This document shows, piece by piece, positions 36,348 through 46,139 of a stretch of 64,000 nucleotides of DNA. Each line of letters begins with the position of its first letter. The first letter of the stretch is position 1. The translations under genes were made by a program, and so were the position numbers. The notes below the pieces were generated by a model. The model saw nothing but the letters and a program-made list of their open reading frames with translations. It searched no databases and was not told where the DNA came from. The stretch comes from Macrostomum lignano (lineage: Eukaryota), in assembly GCA_002269645.1 (NCBI GenBank), contig NIVC01003781.1, positions 1 through 64,000 of the forward strand. The letters run 5' to 3'.

Positions 36348-37076
36348 TCAGTTGAATGGCGACGCGCACTCGCAGAGGCCGAAGCTGGCCGATGTCAGAT
36401 CCGTAAGGCCGTCCCTGCCGTTCATAGCGGCGAGTTTGTCCTGTCCACCTTTGTCATTTGGCTCATTGGGATGCCACAGGCTGCTGTCCATGGAGATGTT
36501 GCAGCTCAGCCAGTGCCAGCCACCGCTGGGTTCGATGCTACCTGGAGCTTGGAAGCCTCCGAGCCACATGGGACTTGAGCCTGTGTGCAGTGACCGGATC
36601 TGATTCACTTGGGCCAACTCCTCCGTGCTCGTCACGTCCGCCATGATCACCAGACCGCTCTCCGACTCGCATGTCGATTTTATGTCGTCCCACGAGCCGC
36701 TGACCACCTTGTACTTGACTCCACACAAGTCGTCTCCGTATCCGGGCGGACACAGCAGTCCCGCCGGCAGTCCCGGCTGCTGCCTCACGAACACCCGGCC
36801 TCGTCTCGAGCAGCCGCAGTCCCTCACAGACTTGCTGCACTTGTTGAACTCGAACAGCTGGCACGGACCGTCGGACAGGCTGAAGGCCTGGCACTGCGGC
36901 CTCAGGCGGCACAGAATGGCGCACTGCAGCTCCGAAGCGGCTCCAGCAAAGGTTCGGACGAAGTCGCTATTGATGCACAGGGAGCCGTCAATCGGAGAGA
37001 ACTTGGTGCTGCACTGCGAAGCGGCAGCAAGTTTCAAAAACAACGCAGTCGCTTGCAGCAAAAGCAGCGAGTGCAT
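36348..37076 (-). CDS. PAN + C-type lectin copy E (242 aa)
   Basis: Signal peptide, PAN, CTLD with EPN; CTLD nearly identical to copy B. Confidence 0.9.
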   Translation of the reverse strand: MHSLLLLQATALFLKLAAASQCSTKFSPIDGSLCINSDFVRTFAGAASELQCAILCRLRPQCQAFSLSDGPCQLFEFNKCSKSVRDCGCSRRGRVFVRQQPGLPAGLLCPPGYGDDLCGVKYKVVSGSWDDIKSTCESESGLVIMADVTSTEELAQVNQIRSLHTGSSPMWLGGFQAPGSIEPSGGWHWLSCNISMDSSLWHPNEPNDKGGQDKLAAMNGRDGLTDLTSASFGLCECASPFN

Positions 37077-38199
37077 CGCGATGCTGTCTGTCGCTCTGGA
37101 ATAAGCTCTGCCTAGCTTGGAGCTCTGAGCTCCGAGTCCGCTTTATCTGCTGCTTTCTAAATTTCTTAGTATTTGCTACTGGGTCAGCATCCAGCTGTTT
37201 TTACAGCCTCAGCTGCCAGGGGCAGAGTTTCTTCCTAATGTAAAATGCAGTCGCTTTTTCGCTCGTGCTGCTGCATCAATTTCTGTTCATCGTCCGTTGA
37301 TTTTTTTTTAAATGCGAGACAACAGATGCGAATTCGATGTTTGGCCAGCAGCAGTCTTGGCAAGTGTAACCTCTCAGATGCTAGTATTTGCCTTCACGAA
37401 AATTCTGAGCCTAACTTTTGCATTGAGGTGCAAAGCAAACAAGCAAAGCCAGGAAGCAGTGATGCTAAAAAGCATTGGCTAACACCTGTCTGTCTCATCT
37501 GCTGAACAAAGATAGATGAGATGAGCTGACTGTGCTGTCACCATTCAGTCATTTTCAGTAGTTCTCACCGATTTACAGGCCCGTTAGTGTGGACAGTGGG
37601 CAGATCAAGGTGGGTGATGAAGACTGGTGAAATCTGCCAATATTGACTGGCTGCAGTGACGGCAAAGGCAGAAGGACGCTTTGCTGGCAAATTGGGTTCA
37701 TCGGAGGCTGGTTTTTGTTTCAAAATGCACTATTGACTTTATCAAGTTTGAAAAGTCTTTTGAAGTAGTAGATTGAAGACCTGAAAATCAAAAAATACAG
37801 GTTGTGTTCTCTAAACGGTTTTTGCACGGATTTCGGATCTCGTTGTGTGCACCCTGGCGCACTTTGAGCGACATTGTCACACAACTGGCGAGAGGCATTA
37901 CTGCCCATTCCGCCGACTCCCCTGAGCAGGCACACAAGCGTGCGGATACGTACGCAGTCATTCGCACAGGCACACACTCACACAGGAGTGTACAGCAGCG
38001 GCCCAAAATTTTTTTCATCGGTAGGCATGTACGCTTCACTGTGCCTGGGGGGGGGGTTGGCCCTCAAGGGTGTTAATTGCATGAGCAGAGCCAAGCCAGG
38101 ATTCCAAGTTGGCCCCAAATCAATGTGACTGCACTTGGAATCTAGCCTGAGCCCGCTGACACATCCGCTCGCAATAGTGCCGCGCTAGACCACTAAGCT

Positions 38200-38396
38200 A
38201 CGGCCAAGGAGTTCTATAATTAGCAACCTGGAGTGGAAACGAGTTTTTCAGTTTTACCTCACGAGGCCAGACTAGCATAGACACAGTCAGACAGAGCCAT
38301 AGACATTCAGTGCTGTCTCCTTATTCTTTACTATTGGCGTGGCCTCATGAGGTAAAACTCGTTTCCGCTAATTGTAGAACTCCTTGCTACGGCCGT
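38200..38396. mobile_element. MITE-like element with imperfect terminal inverted repeats of about 55-70 bp
   Basis: Left ACGGC..CAAGGAGTTCTATAATTAGC..GGAAACGAGT..TTTACCTCACGAGGCCA is the reverse complement of the right TGGCCTCATGAGGTAAAACTCGTTTCCGCTAATTGTAGAACTCCTTG..GCCGT. Confidence 0.6.
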
Positions 38397-39421
38397 CCAC
38401 GTTTTTACCAGAGACAAAACTCGGTCCACGGATAGCTGAAGCCGGACGCTTCAATCGTTTTTCTTAGAAACGAACCGGAGTCCGGAAAGGACCGCATATT
38501 CATCGTATCACGAATGCATTTGGCGGACTTAAAACTGTCTTGATATCAGTCAATCAGTCAATCAACCTTGGAAAGAAGATTTCTTGCTTCAAAGCAAATT
38601 TGAATTTAAAAAGTTAAGATATAATAATATTTGCTTCACAGGCGCTATTAGTAGCATGACAAGTATTATATCGTGTAGTTACCAATAATTTTTTTGTTGC
38701 AGAAAGTGTTACGAACTCGCAGCATCTCGATCGCGAACTCTCATTTGTGAGCGAATTAGATGCGGAGCCTCATCCGGGCCGCCATGCCTGGCCCAGCTCC
38801 CGACTGAGCCGAGTTTTCTTCGAACTCCGAGCAAGTTGCAAATCCCCTCGCTTTGATGCAGCGCAGATTGCGCCTGTGCAGCGTTGAGGCTCCGGTCGTC
38901 TTAGGGGAAAAATTGGGGATCTTTCTGGGAAACTGAGCGTGCGGCTCTGCGGCCCGAGCGATGCGCCTCATTTGCCGCACCGCTGCACCCGCCGCAGCTC
39001 TCGCCCGGCTCAGTTCCCTCCCTAATCGGGTATTGCTGCTGCTATAACAGTGCAATATTTCACCGAGCGTGGCCTACCAGCTTATTCGGCCAGACTTTGC
39101 TTGCACTGAAGTAGAAGGACGCTTGAGAACTCGAACATAGTGCAAATTTTGCTTCAGGCAGGCTTTCTACAAAGAATGCCGAGCATAGGATATTGTAGAA
39201 TGCCAACTGAAGCCAACAGTACAGCTTCCAGGCATTTATTACTTCTTTACCATAGACAGTAGTCTGCTTGCTTAGTATAGAATATACGCTCGTAGAAAAT
39301 AAATATTGCACTGTTATGGAGAAATGGAAGAGCTGGGAGATCTCAGGAAGGAGAACATGGTGGTGAGGTTTCTCAGGGCGGCCCATCCGCAGTGGATCGC
39401 CTGAAGGGGACCTGTCCAAGG

Positions 39422-39423
<2 letters not shown>

Positions 39424-39484
<61 letters not shown>

Positions 39485-39500
39485 AACAACAACAACAACA
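39424..39500. repeat. (CA)n plus (ACA)n microsatellite; probable 3' tail of the RTE-like LINE
   Basis: Direct reading. Confidence 0.9.
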
Positions 39501-39591
39501 AAATGCGCTGCCCCGCATGCAAGGTCACAGCTAGAGCAGGGTGCGTCAGATGGCACGCCGCAGGGCCTGAGAGCTCCGCCCCGTTGGCAGT

Positions 39592-39804
39592 TGTTGTGTT
39601 CTAGTTGATTGATTAAATTCAATTCAGTTGGAGACACTTGAGTCTCGCTCAATATATTTATACTCATGTGCACGTTGAAAACAGTGTTACGCAATCGAAA
39701 CAACGATACCATGATTGAACGCACGATGCATATAAGGTAATTGAACAATTCTAGCCTCAAAGTTAGTTAGTTACAACACCTAGGCCCGATGCACAGTCAC
39801 TACA
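39592..39804 (-). repeat. 3' LTR (213 bp)
   Basis: Preceded on the minus strand by the PPT. Confidence 0.95.
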
Positions 39805-42800
39805 TTCTCCCCCCTTCCGGAAGAGGATAACGCGCCGGTTGCCGTCGAGCTCGAGTTGACCTTCGAAGCTCAGGTGGAGGTGGCGGCTCGCCCGTCCGTG
39901 GGGGCGGAGCCGGCGGCAGCGGCAAATCGAACCAGTCATCCTCTTGGTCGGCCGCGCCGTTGTCAGCCGGTGGGCTGTTGCACTTAACCAGCCGACTCGC
40001 TTGCCCCTTTGTACAGTCGGCCAGCACGACGGTGTTGAGCCCTGCTTTGGAGGAGATCTTTAGCGGTTCCTTCAGTCGGGTCGCCAGCTTGTGCGCTCGG
40101 TGCGGCGTCTGTCGCCAGACCCAGTCTCCGGCCTGGAGCATAGAGTCACGAGCTCGCCTTCGCTTGTTGGTGTAGTCGGCATTCTTGGCTTGCCTCTGTG
40201 CGATACTGTCTCGCAGGTCGCTGTCGTCCCGCTGTTGCACTGGAGTTGGCCTGAGCAGCTGCAGTCCGGACCGCAGCTTGCGCCCGATCATCAGCTCGGC
40301 TGGAGTCAGCCCGGTGAGAGCGTGCTGGCTGGTCCTGTAGGTCTTGAGCACCAGGTCGATGGCGTCCTCGAACTTCGCTCCCGCCCTCAGGTTCGCTGCC
40401 AGGCCCTCCTTCAGACTCCGGTTGAATCGCTCGACTCCGCCGTTGCCTTGCGGGTAGTACCGGCTCACTCGGCTGTGCTTGATGCCCTCGGCTCGCAGGA
40501 ACTCTTCGAACTCGTCGCTGACGAACTGGGGTCCGTTGTCGCTGATCAGCATCTTCGGGACTCCCCACCGGCCGAATAGCTTCCGAAGCGTCTTGATGAT
40601 GTTGGCAGAGGTGACGGTTTCCATGGCTGCAATCTCCGGCCACTTGCTGTACAGGTCGTGGATCACCAGTAGAAACCGCTGGTGTCGAGGAGCCGCGGCG
40701 ACCTCGCCGAAGATGTCGATCTCGACCTTGTCCCACGGTCCATCTGGCCACTCGATTGGTGTCACGATCGTCTGTTGAGGCTTGCCGGACTTCTCGGCCA
40801 GAGTGCAGGCCGTGCAGTTCTTGACGTAGTCCTCCACCTGCCGGTCAATTCCAGGAAACCAGACCGTGTCGCGGCACCGCTGCTTTGACCGAACGACGCC
40901 CGGATGCCCTTCGTGGGCCTCCTCGATGACTTGAAGTCGCAGGCTCGTCGGGATGATCGCGCGTTCACCACGACCGAGGCACTGACCGTTGTTCCAGCAG
41001 AACAGCTCGTCCCGGACGTTGAAGTACGGCTTTAGAGAGCTGTCCACCTTCGATGGCCAGCCGCCCGAGATGTACTGCAAAACCGCCTGCAGCACTTCGT
41101 CCTCCTTGGTCGCCGTTGCCAGTGCGTCTGCCGTCAGCGTTGTCTTCGAGTCGACGACTGCGTAGACGTAGCCCTCCTCGTCGGTCTCCTCGGCTGGAAC
41201 GCGCTCCGTCGTGGCCCATCTGGACAGCATGTCCGCGCACTTGTTGTCAGCGCCAGGGATGTGCTCAAACCGGACGTCGTAGCCGCGAAGTCTCTCGACC
41301 CATCGATGAATGCGAAGAGGCCTGTGCCCCATGCCTTTCGAGTCGAGCAGAGTTGTCAGGGCCTTGTGGTCGGTGCGCAGCGTTACTCGTCTGCCGTATA
41401 GATAGTAGTGCCAGCGTTCGATGCTCCATACACAGGCCAGGGCTTCTCGCTCTCCGGCTGAGTATCGCTTTTCCGCTGGGCTGAGTGCTCTCGATGCGAA
41501 CGCGATTGGCACCTCTTTTTCGTTTTGTACTTGGCTGAGCACTGCCCCCAGTCCGTCTAGACTTGCATCGCAGGTGACGTACGTCTCAGCTTGGCAGTCA
41601 AAATGAGCTAACACTGGGCTGCTGGTTACGGCTGACTTGAGTGTACGGAAGGCTGTACGTTCCCGCTCACCCCAGTGCCAGTCCGCGTCCTTTTTGAGCA
41701 GTTGTCTCAGAGGCTCGGCAATTGCTGAGTAATGCGGTATGAACTTGTGCAAAAAGTTCACTGCTCCGAGAAACGATTGAATTTGCGCGACCGTTGATGG
41801 CTCAGGAATTCTTAGAATTGCGTCGACGTTGCACTTGGTCGGTTTGATGCCGTCTGCAGAGATGACCAATCCGAAGAAATCCACGCTCGCCTGCCGGAAT
41901 TTGCACTTCTCTCGATTGAGTGTGAAGCCTTCGCGATGAATCCGCCCTAGGACTTCTCGGAGGTTCTTGTCGTGCTCAGTCTCGTCCTTGCCGTGCACCA
42001 GGATGTCGTCCACGATGTTGATGGCGCCAGGAGCTCCTCGAAGCACCGTCTGCAGGGCTCGCTGGAAGGCAGCTCCGGAGCTAGATAGCCCGAATGGCAC
42101 CACGGTGAACTGGTACAGGCCGGCATCGGTGATGAAGCACGTCAGTCCTCGAGAGTCTGGATGCAGCGGAATCTGCTGGTAGCCTTGACGCAGGTCCAGC
42201 TTGCTGAAGCACTTCGAGCCGTTGATGCTGGCCGATAGGTCCTCGATTGACGGTACCGGATAGCGGTCCGCGATCACCGCCTTGTTGACCTGCCGCAGAT
42301 CCACGCAGAGACGAACCTTGTTGGACTCCTTCTTGCGCGTCACGACAACGTTGCTAACCCACTCGGACGCGTCGACCTTCTCAATGATGCCCTGTTGCTC
42401 CATCCGGCTGATCTCTGACGTCACTTCGTCCTTCAGGCCGATCGGCAGCTTCCGCATTGGCTGAGACACTGGCTTGACCGAGGCGTCGATCTTTGTCCGG
42501 TGAATGAAGCTCTTGGACCGGCCCAGACCGTCGAAGATTCCGGGGAAGTCGCGCTCGATCGTAGTCTCGCTGATGCTCATCACTCTGTTGTCACCTTGGA
42601 AGATTTTGAATCCGAGGGCCTGAAACAGGTCGCGGCCCAGGATGTTCGCTCCTTTGTCGGCGACGTAGAATGTGGCTTCTGTCCTGATGCCGTTGAACGT
42701 CACTGGAAGCTCGACCTTGCCGATGGTCTTGATCGCAGATCCGCCGTATGCCTCCAGTTTTGTGCTCGTCGGAAGCAGCGGGTGCCTAGCGAAGGACTTC

Positions 42801-43084
42801 TTGAACGTCTCCATGTTGAGCAACGAAACGGCAGCACCGCAGTCGATTTGCAGTCGAATCAGCTGTCCGCCCAGACGGCATTCGCAGAATAAGCTGTCTG
42901 TGCTCTTGTTGTTCACGGCCAGGACCGTCAGACTGGACTCTGCAGGCTCTTTGGTGTCGATCGCAGAGACCGCTTTCATGCGGCACATTTCGCGAAATGG
43001 TTCGTCTTGCCGCATCGTCTGCATTTCTGGCCCATCGCCTTGCATTCGCCCTTGTGTCCGTGGTTGCCTCCGCATCGAGTGCAC
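39800..43084 (-). CDS. pol: Gypsy pol (protease IDCGAAVS, RT IVDDIL, RNase H, HHCC-DDE integrase); biologically continuous from about 42990
   Basis: ORF track 1094 aa with Mag-clade motifs; stop codon lies inside the 3' LTR. Confidence 0.93.
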   Translation of the reverse strand: MHSMRRQPRTQGRMQGDGPEMQTMRQDEPFREMCRMKAVSAIDTKEPAESSLTVLAVNNKSTDSLFCECRLGGQLIRLQIDCGAAVSLLNMETFKKSFARHPLLPTSTKLEAYGGSAIKTIGKVELPVTFNGIRTEATFYVADKGANILGRDLFQALGFKIFQGDNRVMSISETTIERDFPGIFDGLGRSKSFIHRTKIDASVKPVSQPMRKLPIGLKDEVTSEISRMEQQGIIEKVDASEWVSNVVVTRKKESNKVRLCVDLRQVNKAVIADRYPVPSIEDLSASINGSKCFSKLDLRQGYQQIPLHPDSRGLTCFITDAGLYQFTVVPFGLSSSGAAFQRALQTVLRGAPGAINIVDDILVHGKDETEHDKNLREVLGRIHREGFTLNREKCKFRQASVDFFGLVISADGIKPTKCNVDAILRIPEPSTVAQIQSFLGAVNFLHKFIPHYSAIAEPLRQLLKKDADWHWGERERTAFRTLKSAVTSSPVLAHFDCQAETYVTCDASLDGLGAVLSQVQNEKEVPIAFASRALSPAEKRYSAGEREALACVWSIERWHYYLYGRRVTLRTDHKALTTLLDSKGMGHRPLRIHRWVERLRGYDVRFEHIPGADNKCADMLSRWATTERVPAEETDEEGYVYAVVDSKTTLTADALATATKEDEVLQAVLQYISGGWPSKVDSSLKPYFNVRDELFCWNNGQCLGRGERAIIPTSLRLQVIEEAHEGHPGVVRSKQRCRDTVWFPGIDRQVEDYVKNCTACTLAEKSGKPQQTIVTPIEWPDGPWDKVEIDIFGEVAAAPRHQRFLLVIHDLYSKWPEIAAMETVTSANIIKTLRKLFGRWGVPKMLISDNGPQFVSDEFEEFLRAEGIKHSRVSRYYPQGNGGVERFNRSLKEGLAANLRAGAKFEDAIDLVLKTYRTSQHALTGLTPAELMIGRKLRSGLQLLRPTPVQQRDDSDLRDSIAQRQAKNADYTNKRRRARDSMLQAGDWVWRQTPHRAHKLATRLKEPLKISSKAGLNTVVLADCTKGQASRLVKCNSPPADNGAADQEDDWFDLPLPPAPPPRTGEPPPPPELRRSTRARRQPARYPLPEGGRM

Positions 43085-43701
43085 TTTGGACCTGCTGCTG
43101 CGGTCTTCTCATGGCGAGCAGCTGGCTTCGGCTTCTTGCTCAGCGCCTTCACGTGGAGCTCTGGGCCGCTGACCTGCTTGGCATCTCTGATGGCTGCTTC
43201 GATTCGCTCAGCCTTCTTGATGGCGTCATCTAGCGTCAGATCGTCCTCCTCCATCAGGAGTCTTTCCCTAATGCGAGGTACGCAGGTTTTCTCCACAAGT
43301 TGGTCTCGAATTATTTCGTCGTGAAAGGTGCCAAATTTGCAGTTTGTTGCCAGTTCTCTCAGGGCCATCACGTAGTCTCCGATGCTCTCGCCGTCGTGCT
43401 GGGCTCGCTGCCGAAAGGCGAAGCGCTCTGCTATGACGCTTCTCGACGAGCTGAAAATCGCCTTCAGTGCCGTTTTGGTCTCCTGAAGCGACTTGCTTGC
43501 ATCGACGTTTGCAGCTCGGCGGCGTCCTTCCTCACCAAGCAGATGCAGGAGGATCGCCTTTTTCCGACTCTCTGATGCCTCTTCGAGAGCTCCAGCTACC
43601 AGGAAGTTCTCAAATGACTTGATCCACCTTGCCCATGGCACAGGAGGTTCGCCTGGTACTGGTTGAAACTCCGCTGGGTACGGGAGTCCGCTCGTCGCCA
43701 T
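42976..43701 (-). CDS. gag: Gypsy gag with two Cys/His knuckles
   Basis: PWARWIKSFENFL, LRELATNCKFG, IIRDQLV, CTRCGGNH, CRRCGKTNHFAK. Confidence 0.9.
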   Translation of the reverse strand: MATSGLPYPAEFQPVPGEPPVPWARWIKSFENFLVAGALEEASESRKKAILLHLLGEEGRRRAANVDASKSLQETKTALKAIFSSSRSVIAERFAFRQRAQHDGESIGDYVMALRELATNCKFGTFHDEIIRDQLVEKTCVPRIRERLLMEEDDLTLDDAIKKAERIEAAIRDAKQVSGPELHVKALSKKPKPAARHEKTAAAGPKCTRCGGNHGHKGECKAMGQKCRRCGKTNHFAKCAA

Positions 43702-43702
43702 T

Positions 43703-43915
43703 TGTTGTGTTCTAGTTGATTGATTAAATTCAATTCAGTTGGAGACACTTGAGTCTCGCTCAATATATTTATACTCATGTGCACGTTGAAAACAGTGTTA
43801 CGCAATCGAAACAACGATACCATGATTGAACGCACGATGCATATAAGGTAATTGAACAATTCTAGCCTCAAAGTTAGTTAGTTACAAAACCTAGGCCCGA
43901 TGCACAGTCACTACA
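43703..43915 (-). repeat. 5' LTR (213 bp)
   Basis: Followed on the minus strand by the PBS. Confidence 0.95.
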
Positions 43916-44256
43916 GCAGTGTCGGGCGCCCCTGTGTCGCATAGGAGACAGTCCACGTATCGACGGGTTTGAGCTGGACTCCGCCTGCAAGATGAGCAGC
44001 AGGACGTCCTGAACAGGTTGGGGGCAGTAGCCTTCGGCCCGGATCACGTGACCCGCCAGTTGAAGTGACCCGCCAGGCGCAGGATGATGGACAGGCGCTG
44101 CAGCTTGGCCCGATCGTACAGAGCCTCGGTCCCGACGCTTTCATCACCTCGAAAGGCCGCACGGAGCAGCCCTGAGTGCGCCGAATCCAGCTGCCGCTCC
44201 AGCGTAGCCGTCAGCGTCCGCGTCTAAGACGCCCTGCACAGACAAACCATGGGAAG

Positions 44257-44576
44257 CCATAGACAACAGAAATCATTTGGGTTTTAACTTTCAGCAATTT
44301 CGGCCACAGCTGGAAGGCATGGCTAAAGTACAGAACGGCGCGCTAGAGAGGACCATGCACTAAAATCAGTCTGGTGGACAGAGAGGACAGTGAATGCATG
44401 CGTGGCGTCTCTTACCACAGACAAACGCCCGCAGCTACCATGGCAGATGAAGAAATAATTAATATTATAATAATTTGATAGCACAAAACTACGGAGGTAG
44501 AAAAAGAAGGACAACTGCTATCTGCCAGCCATGGATGAAAAATTCTGCCAGCGCAGCTGTGGAAATTTGTCTATGG
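44257..44576. mobile_element. Possible non-autonomous DNA element with CCATAGACAA termini
   Basis: CCATAGACAA...AATTTCGGCCACAGCTG versus CAGCTGTGGAAATTTGTCTATGG; no clean TSD. Confidence 0.4.
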
Positions 44577-44744
44577 TAGAAGTCCATCAGCGCGTGATGC
44601 CTTTTCGACTCAGTGAGCAATCCAGTTACATTCTTTCATTCATGATACGTGGCTGACTTGGAGCTGGATGTTCGTGAAAGAATCCAAATTTATTCCAAAA
44701 ACCTAATTGCCTGGTGTTATCAGCACTTAGTTTACGGTGAATTT

Positions 44745-45160
44745 GGGGTGCTTTTATAAACCCGAAATTTCATAAACCCTAAATTTCACAGTTTCGAAAC
44801 GGGGAACTTCATAAATCTGAAATTTTAAAATGCCGAAACTTCTCAACCTCGAAATTTCACAAACCCGAAATTTCACAAACCCGAAATTTCACAAACTCGA
44901 AATTTTACAATTTCGAAATACACTGGAGAGAAAGGAGACTTCACAAACCCAAAATTTGACAAATTATGAAATTTCGGGCTTGTGAAATGGCTTGCTAAGG
45001 TTTTTGATGTTGTAAAATTTCGGCGCGTGAAATTTCGGGTTAATGAAATTTCGAGGTTGTGAAATTTCGAGGTTGTGAAATTTCGGTGTTGTGAAATTCG
45101 AGCCTATGAAAGACATTGTCTTTTGACATTGTGAAAATTCCGGTTTGTGAAGCGACCGCG
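44745..45160. mobile_element. Foldback-type element built of inverted arrays of a roughly 16-bp unit (AAACCCGAAATTTCAC)
   Basis: Left arm has direct units, right arm their reverse complements (GTGAAATTTCG.GGTT); similar inverted termini. Confidence 0.6.
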
Positions 45161-46139
45161 TGACTCTGAACTCTGCGACGCACCAAACAGGAAGCCGAAA
45201 GGTTGGTACAGTTTCATGTAAATTACCGTTTGCAATAAAACTGTGAAGCTAAACCTGCTTCCTGCATTGCATTTTTGCCGGCAGACTGCTGTCTATGGAA
45301 TACGAGCTAGTTTCAATTAGTCCTGAATAATCCAGCTTTTGCCGCTCATTTGGGCTCACACGCAATCCAAGATATGTTTGCCAAACTAAAAAACTTGCTC
45401 TGTAGTTTCACCCCCAGATTTTTAATCAGACATGACTGTCGCACTTTTCAAGATGAACTTTCTCGTTTGTCTGCTACAGTTTGCTGATCAGCTGATCCGA
45501 AGTCTTGAGCTTGAAGTTTTGTCTGAACTTCAGAAATCTGCAAGGCTGGATATTGTCAATTTAGTGCTAAAGGCTGTAGAAGCTTACAGCCTTAGCAGTC
45601 CATGTATTCAAAATGTCTGACTCTCCCATCGATCGAAAAGAACAAAGACTCAACTGTATTGAGTTCTATAAAGAGTATGGTTGTATTTAGACAGGTAGTA
45701 ATTAGCATTCCGTGCCTAGTCAGGAAGCGGACAGAGGGTCAGCAAAGATGGCTAGCAGTTCACTTTGAGAGGAAAATTGTCTTACATTGAATAGTGCATA
45801 GTCGAGTCAAGCAGAACACGGCTCCGGGACAAATTCGGCAGTTGTGAAGAGAAGCGACAAGGGGTTGCAAAAACTGACAAATAAAACTGACGAAGCGGGT
45901 GCAGCGGCTCCGCCTCGGCTCAACTGATAAAAAGTCGACAGAGCTCTTTTAAAGCAGCAGAAAGCGGCGATTAGCAACAGGTTGAGGCAGCCGGGGTGGC
46001 CGCATGTTGCATGTTGAAGGCAACATTGTGCTAAGAAAACTGCAATGAAGTAATCGGAACCGCCTTTAATGGGAAAGTGCTGAGTAAACAGTTGAAGGAG
46101 TCAGTCATTTAGCGCAGTGAGATGCGTGAGCAGCTCAGA

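Larger units (their letters stand above)
39592..43915 (-). mobile_element. Full-length Ty3/Gypsy (Mag-like) LTR retrotransposon, 4324 bp, 5-bp TSD GCAGT
   Basis: 213-bp LTRs (39592-39804, 43703-43915) with TG...CA ends differing at 1 position; GCAGT on both flanks; PBS TGGCGACGAG; PPT GGAAGGGGGGAGAA; gag and PR-RT-RH-IN order. Confidence 0.97.
39481..44230 (-). mobile_element. 3' fragment of an RTE-like LINE, split by the Gypsy insertion (pieces 43916-44230 and 39481-39591)
   Basis: Post-RT motifs TLTATLERQLDSAHSGLLRAAF...LY...LAGHVIR and RYVDCLLCDTGAPDTANGAEL, which reads in frame across the TSD once the Gypsy is removed; ends in (TTG)n(TG)n. Confidence 0.65.
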
